This document shows positions 39,078-51,460 of a DNA stretch of 64,000 nucleotides, piece after piece (positions within the stretch are counted from its first letter, which is position 1; every line of letters starts with the position of its first letter). Under the pieces are notes generated by a model. The model ran no database searches, was not told the origin of the DNA, and worked only from the letters and a program-made list of their open reading frames with translations. This stretch comes from Octopus sinensis (lineage: Eukaryota): positions 54,560,001 to 54,624,000 of the forward strand of contig NC_043002.1 of the NCBI RefSeq assembly GCF_006345805.1, written 5' to 3'. The position numbers were made by a program, and so were the translations under genes.

Positions 39078-40336
39078 CGAGGGGCGTTCAATAAGTAATG
39101 CCCCTGACCCATTTCCCATAGCAGTAGAGCAACGACACTTGGCACAGTTATTAGTATTTTCCTACATAGGAACTACCCAGAGTTATGCATTTCTCCCATC
39201 GTTTGATACAGCTCTGGAGACCGTTTTTGTAGAAGACCCCAGCTTGGTCCCCCAACCACGACGTGACTTCAGAAATCAAGGCTGCATCATCTGGGAAACG
39301 CTTTCCTTTCAAAATCAACTTCATGGCTGGGAAGAGGTGAAAATCAGAGGGTGCAAGGGGAGGAGTTCATAGCTGCACGCCTGTGCTTCTGATCTGGCGA
39401 CACGTGAGTTGTGGACCGGAGCGTTGTCCTGCAGGAGGAGGATGCCTTTGCTGATCTTGCCCCACCTCTTGATTTTGATAGCTTCTCTTAATCCTCAAAA
39501 GTGAAGCATAATAGGCTCCTGTAATTGTGGTACCCTTTGCCAGGAAATTGTCATCACTACTCCGTCCTGGTCCCAGAAGACTGTGAGCATACCTTGTCAG
39601 TGGAGGGCTGCACCCTTGCTTCTTTGGAGGAGGTGAGTCACGGTGCTTTCACTGCATTGACTTGCTTTGGTCTATGGATCATAGTGAGGGACCAGGTTTT
39701 ATCCTGTGTGATCAGTCTTTTGAAAAATTTTGACTCATCTTCTTGGCACATCTCCAATTCATCCTCGAGCACTCAACGCGTTCTTGCTTCTGGAAAGGTG
39801 TGAGCAACCTGAAATCCATCTGGCAGACACCTTTTGCATATGCAAATGGTCATGAATGATAGTTCCACAGACCCGGTACTAATCTTGACCGTATGGGCTA
39901 TTTGGCAAATAGTTATGCGTTGACCTTCCAAAATGGCAGCCTCAACTCTTGACGGACAGACGTCTCATCAACGGCAGAAGGGGGCGACCAGATCTGGGAG
40001 CTGTTTCCACAGAGTTCCGACTATGTTTGAATTCACAATGCCAGCGTTTTACAAGGTCATATGATGGGGCATCATCACCATAAGTTAGTTTCATTTCATC
40101 AAAAGTCTCCGTGGTGTGCGTCCTTTCAAATACAAAAACCAGATCACTGCTCGACACTCAACAGGCCCCATTTCCACTTGACTCAGTTAAACACCTGTAA
40201 ATCAGAAAACCACAATTAGTTCAGAGCTGTAATTCGCTACTTAATCTATAGAGGTATAAATAAGTGCACATGCAAAATTTCAGCTAGATCAACAACTGCA
40301 AGTGGGTCAGGGGCATTACTTATTGAACGTCCCTCT
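39078..40336 (-). mobile_element. Mariner element (irritans/Himar1-like), near full length, inactive
   Basis: TA|cgaggggcgttcaataagtaatgcccctgaccca ... tgggtcaggggcattacttattgaacgtccctct|TA; 1259 bp. Confidence 0.95.
39165..40171 (-). pseudogene. Mariner DD34D transposase pseudogene
   Basis: MGPVECRAVIWFLYLKG, YGDDAPSYDLVKRWHCEFK..APRSGRP, VSARW, ITQDKTW..YDP, LLQDNAPVH, LAPSDFHLFP; frameshifted. Confidence 0.92.
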
Positions 40337-40349
40337 TATATATATATAC

Positions 40350-40416
<67 letters not shown>

Positions 40417-41364
40417 ATGGTGGGTGTGTGTGTGTGTGGTGTGTGTGTGTGGTGTGTGTGTGTAAATGAAAAATACACATAAAGTACAGGATATCACAAA
40501 CGAGCGAAAAATACGTAAACACAAACACACAACGAAAGATAAATTACCAAAAGAAGTCTAACTCCTCCTCAATTGTCGACTGTTTAATACTACCTGTTTC
40601 GTGCTTTTAACAAGACAGGAAAACCTCATAAGACAGCAGCATCCAGAAATTTCAAAAATATAAATTTGTGAAAAGTTAGAGCTTCGAACGAATAAATGAC
40701 AGCAAAGTGGGCGTACGGAAACGATTGACAAAGACAGATGTTTAGGGCCTTTAGGCCAAGACGAGTTGCAATAGGTAACGTCTGGGAGAAATTTTGAAAG
40801 GATATAGAATAAATAGAAGAGAAAAAAGATATCGAGAGAAGAGAGAAATGACGCCCAGCGACATCCCACTCAGAAAATACAGATAGACGAGTAAAATGGC
40901 CTTAGTCACGTGTGAACAACAGGCAGAGGGGAAGGGAACAAGAGGGAGGATGAGAGAAAGAAATAAAGGGAGTGAGGAGAAGGGATATATACATGCATAT
41001 ATAGATATACACATTCATATAAATATATATAAATTATATGATTGTAACGCGACAGACTATGCTGAAGAGTTGCAGATATTTGCATTTTGCATTATGGAAG
41101 TGTTAACAATGAAATCATGATACGTAGGTAATCGTTTTATTTTGTATATTTTCATTTGTCTTGCTCATTTCTGCAGTCTGGCGTTTTTGCTGAGATTTTT
41201 CTTGAGAATACACTCTTCATGGTAAGGCCATTTGACGCCTATCTTTTTAGCATGTTAGGAATCCACTTTAGTGGACATTCCTCTTATTAATTGTAATATA
41301 ATACATATGAATATACATACGTACATAGAAAAAAATATGTGTGTGTGTGTGTGGTGTGTGTGTG

Positions 41365-41590
41365 GAAGCTCGTTGTTTAGTTGTTTCAGTGTTGCACTCA
41401 TGGTCATAAGGTTGTAGTTTCGATTCCTGGACCGAACGATGCGTTTTTGTTCTTGAATAATACCATTTATTTCATGCTGCTCCAGTCCACTCAACTGGCA
41501 AAAATGAGTAATCCGGTGACGGCCCAGCATCTCGAACAGGACGGAATATATATGTCACAGAATCGGGAAAACCGGCCTTATGAACCAACG
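41365..41590 (+). mobile_element. Old SINE (tRNA-like head; tail related to the 30631 copy)
   Basis: gtttcgattcctggaccg B box; tail cagaatcgggaaaaccggccttatgaa vs cagaaaccgggaaaccgggcccatgaa. Confidence 0.55.
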
Positions 41591-41875
41591 GGTCGATTTT
41601 TTTTTTGACACATACATATTAATATATTTGCATGAGTGTGTCGATCGGTGCTAACGCTGATGATACCTGGTAGCCATAAGCAGTGAACGAGCTCTGCAGG
41701 CACACTACCTGGAACTTACCCTGAGCAAGGTTTGAATACTCCATTTAACGCCTCTTTCTAACCTTATTCTTTAATTGTAAATTTAACTTACATGTGTATG
41801 TATGTATGTATGTATATATATATAATATAGATATATATATATATTATAGTATATATATATATATATAATATATAT

Positions 41876-41906
<31 letters not shown>

Positions 41907-41989
41907 TATATAATATATATATATATGTCAGACCATGTCTTCCACCAACAGTTAAGCATCTTGGTCAGGACTGAATTTTGCATTATTTG

Positions 41990-42430
41990 GGACAATTTAT
42001 AATTTCTCGATAAGTTTATTGTTTTTTACATTTGGTGCATAGATGTAATTTTTTTTTCTTTCCTACTCTTGAACATCCAACGTAAAGCTGGCCATGCATG
42101 AAGTAGGGCTCTTCAAGGTGTAAGCCGGTAAGCGAAAATGTTTGCCATTGCGATCTGTTGATGGTCGTAGCAAAACTAAGAAACTCACTGGAAATTACAG
42201 TCGTTTGGATTTAAATTGGATATCGTCTCCTGGGTCCATGCAGTGAAGGCTCTTGTGTGTTTAACCTTTAATCGATGCGCCCTATGCTCGGGCCTCTCCT
42301 GGGACCGTGCGACGGAGACTAGTTTTCGCATGTCCTCAAGTTTATTCCTTCTTTGTTTGGGCGTGTCCTGAGCTCGCTGTCGATGTTTTGAGCGGGTCTT
42401 TAGAATATGTCGTCCTAATGAAATTCTTTA
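41990..42430 (-). pseudogene. Internally deleted Helitron Rep/helicase remnant
   Basis: Minus strand: STPR-like repeats RAQDTPKQRRNKLEDMRKLVSVARSQERPEHRAHRL...TQET joined to the PIF1 helicase C-terminus KRL*FPV / FATTINRSQWQTFSLTGLHLEEPYFMHGQLYVGCSRVG. Confidence 0.85.
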
Positions 42431-42437
42431 TACACAT

Positions 42438-42473
<36 letters not shown>

Positions 42474-43209
42474 CACATACACACGCTGATACACACTCAC
42501 TGACACACATATACGCACACACACATGTACAGTCATCCACACACTTTGCGTGAGCGATATACATGTACAGAGAAAGAATGAGAGTGTGGCAAAAATATAT
42601 AGAGAGAGGTAAAGTTTACTGCGTAACAGACAGTAAATGATAGACAGAAAGGGAGAGGTACCTAAACATCTCCTGTGACTCATTTACATTACATATCATA
42701 TCAAGAGAGAGTGGGGGAGCAGCATGCGTGTATTTTTATATAGTGACTTCTAAAGACATTCAATGTTGGCGAAGCTGAGTTATTTCTCGCAGCAAATTAT
42801 GTTTCTTTGTTTTTTTAAATTTATTATTACTAATAACCAAGAGGCCTACTACTGCTTGGAACCTAGATTTTAAAAATCAAATCCGTTTTCCTCTAGGATG
42901 CACTGTTTCGGAGCCTTTCGGTGACATATACATATACATACACTATCATTTATATACATCCATGCGTACACACACGCGCACGCACATATATGTTATAAAT
43001 CTTAAGACGATCTATAAGCAACGCAGTTGAGATGTTAGGCAAAATATGTAAGGTGATGCTGATAAATTGAAGATAAGATATTATCTCTCTTAAATCGGTG
43101 GTTTAATGGTTCAATTATATTTCGGGAAAATATCCCTTTATCAAATATAAGTTGGAAAAAACTGGAAGAATTCTGAGAATGTTATTATCGATATGCCAGT
43201 CTGATGCGT

Positions 43210-43232
43210 TTTTCTCTTCCCTCTCTCTCCCC

Positions 43233-43264
<32 letters not shown>

Positions 43265-43392
43265 CTTTTCTTATTCTTTTCTTTCTTTCTTTTTCTTCTT
43301 TTCTTTTCTTTCTTTTTTTTCTTTCTTTCTTTCTTCTTCTTTCTTCTCTTCTTTTCTTTCTTTCTTTCTTTCTTTCTCTCTCTCTCTCTCTA
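43210..43392. repeat. Polypyrimidine (TTTC)n/(TC)n tract
   Basis: Direct inspection. Confidence 0.95.
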
Positions 43393-43628
43393 ACTATGAA
43401 ACATCATGAAAATTGTTCAAACTGAAGTCCTTGAGCGACACATTTTTCCATTCGGATTAACACAGAATAAATAGTATTTATGAAATTTAGATTTATTGTT
43501 GGGTGACTTTTGGCCAGCTCGGTATATGTATTCTTCAAAAGTATACAGAGGATATACAAAAAACAAAGACAGGCGAAAGAACAACAAACGAGGTGTATTA
43601 GTTTGACGCTCTGAGAAAAAGGAAGAAG

Positions 43629-43664
43629 TTTTGACTTTTCGAGCCTACGCTCTTCTACAGAAAA
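43629..43664 (-). ncRNA. Degenerate hammerhead-like motif, possible Penelope end
   Basis: UUUU-CUGUAGA-A-GAGC(GUAG)GCUC-GAAA-AG-UC-AAAA; the core deviates at A6. Confidence 0.4.
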
Positions 43665-43989
43665 AAATGAGAGAAAACAGATGGAGAGGAAAGACAAAAA
43701 TGTCTGAATTTACGGTGCTACATGTTGAACTGACTGGGAGGAAGTGGCTGGTGACATGGGTGGTAAGGGAGACAACAGTGGCCTAGATAAAAAGTGTGTG
43801 CGCACAAGCATGTGTATGCGAGCGTGTATACTGTGTGCAAGTAGCGAGTACGCGTGCGTGAGTCGCGAGTGAGTATGAGTTGGTAAAACTTACCATGCTT
43901 TCACTTATTCCTTTTGGTGCGTATATGGCTACGAACAGGATAATACACACCTCGGCCCCTTCACCCTCCTTCGGTAGCCGGTGAAACAC

Positions 43990-44162
43990 CCAAGTTGAGT
44001 GAAAGGGCTGCATTAGCACTCTCGTTGCAGCTGAGTTGATTGTAGCAACAGAAAATGAATTGTCTTGCTCAAGGACACAACGTGTCGCCCGGTCAAGGAA
44101 CTGAACCCGTGATTTTATGTTCGTGCGCCATAAACCCTAACCACTTGGTCAGGCGCTTTCAC
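43990..44162 (-). mobile_element. Old CORE-like SINE
   Basis: Minus strand agtggttaggg..ggttcagttcc..gttgtgtccttgagcaagac. Confidence 0.6.
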
Positions 44163-44191
44163 ACACAAATCTATATGTGTGTGTGGTAATG

Positions 44192-44258
<67 letters not shown>

Positions 44259-45245
44259 TACAATTTACATACCCAATTAATAGCATTAAATATTCTGGCC
44301 CAGATATAAATTAGGCTAGCTCCTTAGTGAATTACCTTATTTGCATATTTGTACCCGTGACTACACGTCATTAATTAAACAACATATTGTTGTTGTTGTT
44401 GTTGTTGTTGTTGTTATGGGTGATGGTGTTGAAACCCAAAGGAACTCAAATCTATTATCAGATTTCAATTATGATAGTCGATCTCCGAGAAGATTTGTCA
44501 TGAAAAGCAAACTATGTGCGGCCAGCTTTTGTTTTCAGACTTAAAATACACTAAAATAAATTATATATTTAAGAAATTAGGAGTGTTTTTTCGATGGATA
44601 TTTGTCTGCTATTTGTATCAGGTTGAGCGACCACGTAGAGACTCCCCCCTCGTTGGTTCGTTCTTCGACATAGATAAAGTACTCACCAATCAAATACTTC
44701 TGTTGTCTACAGATTGCACTTATATCGGAGACACGCCTTAAAAGCAAATAATAGGTGCAGGGGGGGGATCGCAGGTCCTTGCAAGAATACTGTTATCACT
44801 AGGATTTACGTTCCCACCAACCTTTAGAGCGTTGAAGATGTTCGGCCGTTTGTTTCATATTTGAAGAACCCTGGGAGGAAGCAGTATCTGTCAATTGAGT
44901 AGATTCCAGTACTTGGCTGGTATTTTATGGAAAAGTGAAAAGCAGTGCTAATCTCTACGGGATTTGAACTCAGAAAGTAAAGAGCCGAAGCTAAATACAC
45001 TTACTCGAGTTCTAGTTTAGTGAACTGGAGGATTGGAGGAACATGAAGTAAAGGACTTTCCGGGAATCGAAGCCACGATTTGCGATCATAAGTGCTACAC
45101 CCAGACCACCGAAGCTAAGTACCACTGAGCATTTTGTCCCAAATGGTTCTACACATCCGTCTCCAAATTCTGGAGTAGATTACATCCAGCACGTGTTCTA
45201 TTCAAAGTCAATGTCGACGGGATTCAAACTATTACTATTATTATT

Positions 45246-45975
45246 GAGTGAGAGAGCAGCGCACGCCATCAAAGTAACGCTGGAATACAAAATAAATAAA
45301 GCCCAATATACTCAACACGACTACCTGTCTGATAAAGGTACATGCATCACAACGATATGTGCGCGACATGGTGAGCTCATATCAAAATAAACAGCGCATG
45401 ATCTTGCATGTGGGGCCCAGTTAGAATTCTCTTCGGGTCGAGTTACTCATCACGCTCAAAATGTCCCTGAATAGGGTTGTTTAAAGATGATGAACGAAAC
45501 ACCCATTTACTGGGGGTGAATTATTTAAACCCAAAAATATCCCTCTCAACACATGGTTAAAATGTTCTCCCACTACTCCTGCTCTTGAAGAGAGATGCAC
45601 ATATTGTCAGCGACTAAGGCAATGCTCAACTGGTTAAGGTCAAGCAAATCTGTTGTATTTTTAGCAGAGTATTTGCTGTAGCCTTATCTTTTGCACCAAG
45701 GCAAATATGTACATGTTAACTCTTTCAATCAGAAGCTATGAGTGCCACTGCCTGGTATTGCATCAGGCATAGCCACCTCTTGGTATTGCATCAGGGCAGT
45801 TATTATAATTATTATTGAGTGAGAGAGCAGTGCATGCCATTAAAGTGATACAGGAGTACAGATACACGAAGCTCAATATACCTATTATGGCCACCGTTTG
45901 ATAAGTGTACACCAGGTACATGTATCAACTGACAAGCAGGTCTGTGACATTGAGCAGAATATTTGCTATGGCCCA

Positions 45976-46033
<58 letters not shown>

Positions 46034-46601
46034 ATTATTATTATTATTGAGTGAGAGAGCAGTTCATGCCATCAAAGTGACACTGGGGTAAAATATACGA
46101 AGCCCAATATACCCATCATGACTACCCGTCTGATAAAGGTACACCAGGCACATGCATCACAACCATATGTGCGCGACATGGTGATCTCATATCAAGATAA
46201 ACAGCACATGACCTTGCAGGTGGGGCCCAGTTAGAATTTTCTTCAGGTTGAGTAGCCCATCCCGCTCAAAAGATCCCTGAATAAGGGTTGTTTAAGGATG
46301 TTGAAAGAACCACCCATGTTCCAGAGGTGAATTATTCAAACCCCAAAGAATCCCTCTCAACACATGGCTATGATGCTCCCCCACTACTTCTGCTCGTGAT
46401 CAGAGATGCACATATCGTCAGCCACTAAGGGACATGCTCAACTGGTTAAGGCCAAACAACTGACAAGCAAATCTGTGGTATTGAGCAGAATATTTGCTGT
46501 AGCCCATCTTTTATACCAAGACAAAACAATGTACATGATAACACTTCCAATCAGTTAAGATCAGAAGCCATGAGAGCCACTGCCTGGTACTGCATCTGGG
46601 C
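45246..46601 (-). mobile_element. Three head-to-tail copies of the (AAT)n-embedded element (45246-45797, 45817-45975 deleted, 46049-46601)
   Basis: Each begins ttatt|gagtgagagagcag on the plus strand; copies are separated by (ATT)n and differ in divergence. Confidence 0.85.
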
Positions 46602-46734
46602 ATTATTATTATTATCATTATTATTATTATTATTATTGGTAGTAGTAGTAGTAGTAGTAGTGTAATTAAAAAATGATAAAATTTATCAGGGTTTTAGACT
46701 GTCATTTAGTTTAGAGTTATTATCATCATCATCT

Positions 46735-47120
46735 TTACGTTCTGAGTTCAAATTCCGCCGAGGTCGACTTTACTTTTCATCCTTTCGGGGTCGATAAAAT
46801 AAGTACCAGTTGGACACTACAGTCTATGTAATAGACTTAGCCCCTCCCCTCTCTAAACTGCTGGCCTTGTGCCAAAATTTAAAATCATCATCATCATCGT
46901 CAAGGCGGCGACCTAGCTAAACTGACAGCACGCCGGACAAAAAGCTTTGTGGCATTTGTTCTGGCTTTAATCTCTGAGTTCAAATTCCGCCAAAGTCGAC
47001 TTTGCCTTTCGTTCTCTCGGAATCGATAAAATAACTAACAGTCGAGTACTGAGGTCGATGCAATCGACTTACCCCGACCTCAAAATTTCAGGCCTTGAGC
47101 CCATATCAGAAAGAATTATT
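46735..47120 (+). mobile_element. Two SINE family A copies
   Basis: Core motif at ~46742 and ~46975. Confidence 0.8.
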
Positions 47121-47326
47121 AATATCATTTTTGGCGGGGGAGGCTAGATAAAAGAAATGAGAAAAGATGAAGTACAGTCGTCATAGCAACCTAAATGTTA
47201 GACATATTTAACGGCTTGTTGAGTGAGTAATAGATGAGGCAACGGATCGAAACGAATACATATCGGACGTTTTCACCTTGACCTTATTTCGAAAAAGCGT
47301 TCGATAATTTCCTTGTGCTTAAGATA

Positions 47327-47398
<72 letters not shown>

Positions 47399-48081
47399 GT
47401 CTATCTATCTATCTATCGATCGATATATCTATCTATCTATCAGTGACATAGATATATATCCGCATAACGATAGACACGCGTGTGTGTGTGTGTGTGTGTG
47501 TGTGACTACGTTATGGAACAAGTGAGCGTATTCGAATATTAACTCTTTTGCTTTAAATTGGCGTGTATATATATATATAACAAGCAGGGAAAGATTTAGA
47601 TATAGATTTGTGCGCGCACGCGTGTTTCATCACGTGTCAATGATGGGGGTGGGGCGGGGATGTACGTGTGTGCACTTCTTTTTGCAGATATGTGTATGTA
47701 TCCGTCTATGTGAGTCAAGATATTGATTTGTTCCTCCTGGTTCTCTCTTTTCACTTTCTGCCCTGATTCTCAACACAGTATTTTCAGCATTGTTTTGTGC
47801 AGGAATACATAGGTCCTAACACACACACACATACACACACACACACATTGGCCTCCTTTTTGCTATAAACAGTAACTGAAAAGCAATCTTAGTTTTGTGT
47901 AGCACGTATCCTGTTCTGTGCTGCGTAATATATTTCAGGCAGGTTCATCAATAACGTGCTAATTATACATACATGATCATGCATACGCAAATGCGTGCAC
48001 ACAAATATATACATGTTATAAGACTAGCTAGCATGAAAGTATCCCATAAATTCGAAAATCTGACAAATGTATAGGGCACAA

Positions 48082-48380
48082 TATGTATGTGTGTATGTAT
48101 GTGTGTATGTATGTATGTATGTATGTATGTATGTATGTATGTATGTATGTATGTATTTATGTATGTGTGTATGTATGTATGCATGTATGTATGTATGTGC
48201 TTATGTATGTATGTATGTATGTGTGTATGTATGTATGTGTGTATGTATGTATGTATGCATGTATGTATGTATATATGTATGTATGTATGTATACATGTAT
48301 GTATGTATGTATGTATGTATGTACGTATGTATGTATGTGCTTATGTATGTATGTATGTATGTGCTTATGTATGTATGTAT
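48082..48380. repeat. (ATGT)n microsatellite
   Basis: Direct inspection. Confidence 0.95.
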
Positions 48381-48384
48381 CATC

Positions 48385-48880
48385 TCACTAACAACAACAG
48401 GGAAAATTGTAAGTTACACGCTGACCATATCTTCCATAAACATTTACTAATACCACCATAAACCTTACATTATTGTGGATATTCTTAAATGGTAAAGAGA
48501 GGATATTTTACCACACCATCAAGGAGTTATAAGCTGCTCAAGCCGGGTCCTAACAAAGCAACAAGATTTTTCGAGTTTGGAGAGTTCCTGCTCTTTGTAA
48601 ATATATGACTGAGTTGCTGTTTTGGTTGAACTGTCGATGCGTACACCCAAATGTGTGCATCTATTCCCATAAGAATCTCTGATAGAGAATTTTTGGAATG
48701 TCTTGCAAATCTTCTGCCAAGTACAAACAACCTTACAAATAAACTATCACCTTGGAATATGCCTGTTAATAGCTTAATTTTGTTTGTAACAATAGGTGTT
48801 GCTTTCGTAGTTGCCAGTGATAAGTATGTGGACCATGTTGTGGTTAGTCTTACAATGGCATTTCACTGTAGCAGCTGCTA
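48385..48880 (-). pseudogene. Non-LTR retrotransposon fragment with reverse-transcriptase motif (R4/Dong-like)
   Basis: Minus strand 48863-48717 reads NAIVRLTTTWSTYLSL...KIKLLTGIFQGDSLFVRLFVLG (QGDxLS motif); flanked by (CATA)n on both sides. Confidence 0.7.
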
Positions 48881-49130
48881 TATTTGTATGTTTGTATGTA
48901 TGTATGCCATTATTCAGTTTATTTCAAGATTTCTTGCCAATAGAGAAAGAACAGGTTTCTAACCTAGATCCAAGGCTCCTTCATTGGAATTTCAACACCA
49001 ACAACTGGGTATTTTTTTTGTATGTATGTATGTATGTATGTATGTATGTATGTATGTATGGATGGATGGATGGATGGATGGCTGGATGGATGGACATCTG
49101 TACATCTTCGTTACTCATTTACATTGTATA

Positions 49131-49215
<85 letters not shown>

Positions 49216-49224
49216 TATATATAA

Positions 49225-50178
49225 AACGAACATTTTCGACACCTCTTTCTTTTTCCTTTAATCAAGGTTCTAAGGCTGCAAAAGCTGCTTGCGACATTTG
49301 TGCTGTGTATGGAGAGGGTGCCATAGCTGAAAGAACCGCTCGTGATTGGTATGCCAAGTTCAAAAATGGAAATTTTGACCTCAAAGACGCACCTCGTTCT
49401 GGCCGTCCAGTTTAGTTCGATGAAGAGCAATTAAACCAACTTTTACACGAAAATTCACGTCAAACGATAAGGGAACTGGCAGAGAAAATGGAATGCTCCC
49501 ACACTGCTATAGAGAAGCATCTTCACTCGATGGGAAAAGTTCAGAAGTATGGAGCATAGGTTCCACATGCTTTAAGTGACAACAAAAATCAACGAGCCAC
49601 AATCTCCGCTGGTTTGCTTGCTCAACTCAATAACACAAGCAACAATTTCTTTACCGAATCGTTGCTGGCGACGAAAAATGGTGCCTGTACGTCAATATGA
49701 AGTAGCGTAAGGAATGGCTTAGCCTCGGTAAACAAGCGACACCGCGCATGAAACGATGTTGTACGTATGGTGTTCAACAGATGGAACGACTCAACACGAC
49801 TATTCAAGAGAAAAGACCTAATCGTCAGCATGGAGTTCTGCTGCACGACAACGCCCGCCCTCATATCGCCAATATGACCAAGGAAGCCAGTCAAACGCAT
49901 GACTGGGAAGTGCTGCCACACTCGCCGTACTCTCCTGATTTGGCACCAACAGATTTCCACCTCTTTCGATTTCTTTCAAATGCTGTGCGCGGAGTTTTGT
50001 TCAATACTGATGCAGAATTGAGAGCTTGGTTGGATGAATTTTTCGAGTCAAAATCTTGTTGAACATTGGAAGTTGTAATCAAGTGTGAATACATTATTAA
50101 TTAGTTGTTAGTTTTTATTAAACCTTTTAAAAAATTTAAATTTGAAAAAACAGCGGGAACTTAGTTGGCAACCTGACA
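49225..50178 (+). mobile_element. Mariner element (Hsmar1/cecropia-like), 5'-truncated and internally deleted
   Basis: EHFRHLFLFSFNQG..ICAVYGEGAIAERTARDWYAKFKNGNFDLKDAPRSGRP, *VPHAL, GDEKW, LHDNARPH, HSPYSPDLAPTDFHLF; right TIR cagcgggaacttagttggcaacctgaca|TA. Confidence 0.93.
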
Positions 50179-50182
50179 TACA

Positions 50183-50222
<40 letters not shown>

Positions 50223-50265
50223 TATATATACACACGTAAATGTCGAACGATCGGTATACATATAA

Positions 50266-50302
<37 letters not shown>

Positions 50303-50314
50303 GTGTGTGTGTGT

Positions 50315-50404
<90 letters not shown>

Positions 50405-50464
50405 GGAGATTGTTTTCCTCTGCTTAGCTGAAGATTCGAAATAGAATCCACACACTTGTTGCTT

Positions 50465-51136
50465 GTCAGGCGAATGTTTGATCATCTGTGTTTGACCTCT
50501 ATGCTGAGAGATTATTGAGAAACACCCAACCTCAGAAAGCCTTCGGTGATCGTAGAAAAGTCAATGTATAGTTTTAGGTTTGACCTGCTTCCTGGCTGAA
50601 CCTTATATAACCGATTGAAAGGTTCGCTTCTTCCTCTTTGGTTTTAGACCGTCTAACCGAGAGCATCTCTGTCTTGCTTTATTTGGCTCTAGTTCGGCTG
50701 AGAGCATATTTCTCTCTTCGGTGTTCATCCGGATAACCGAGAGTACAGTATCGACCGAATGGAAAAGGACAACGCAATTTTTACCCTTTCTTCCTCTTTG
50801 TCAGCAGACCATAACTTGGCTTCCACACACTAAAGGCGCGCGAGCAACAACATTGTCATTGTCACAACAATAGCTACTATGTCTGTGTTACTAGCCACTG
50901 CTGACAAATAAATGTGACTATTATTCATTTCTCTTTGATGTTGCTATCACGCTGTCACATACTACTTTTGACTATCCATATACAGCGACCCCCGACGTGA
51001 AACAAGAATCGCTATTTCTACATCAAGTAACTTTTCTTCTGTACTCTACGATTGGTAACTCCGACGTGAGAGCCACAGCCGTACATTACATTTGGTGACC
51101 CTACATACACGTACGTTACATTTGGCGACCGCGACA
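50465..51136 (+). mobile_element. Possible LTR remnant followed by reiterated tRNA-Trp primer-binding sites
   Basis: gcgacccccgacgtga (50985), tggtaactccgacgtga (51053), ttacatttggtgaccc (51086), ttacatttggcgaccgcgac (51116) match PBS TGGTGACCCCGACGTGAT. Confidence 0.5.
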
Positions 51137-51143
51137 TAAGAAA

Positions 51144-51460
51144 CATATTCAAATTCTTTTACTTCCTACATATGTTTCGAAGACAATACTGGTTTATTCC
51201 AGAAGGAATAAAATGGTGTAAAACAATGCAATCTTTTCATCGGGGAAAGAATGAAACCAAACACATCGATGTTTTACACCATTGTTTTACACACATTATT
51301 TTACACCATTTTATTTCTTCTGGAATAATACTAATGTTGTCTCCGAAATATATGTCAGAAGTAAAAGAATTTGAATAACACCTGCGTTTACTCCATTTAT
51401 TTATCTATATGATACAAAACATGTCACCTAAACCTGAAGTTTCTACCTTTATAAATAGGC
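51144..51460. mobile_element. Inverted-repeat Penelope-like fragment with a hammerhead-like motif
   Basis: Arms 51146-51245 / 51267-51378; minus strand UUUCC-CCGAUGA-(long stem II)-GAAA-CAUAUG-UA-GGAAG at 51162-51249. Confidence 0.6.

Noticed and set aside
46230-46601. HDV-like ribozyme at the 5' end of the (AAT)n element
   Set aside because: Could not assemble P1/P2/P3/P1.1 by eye; needs a motif search.
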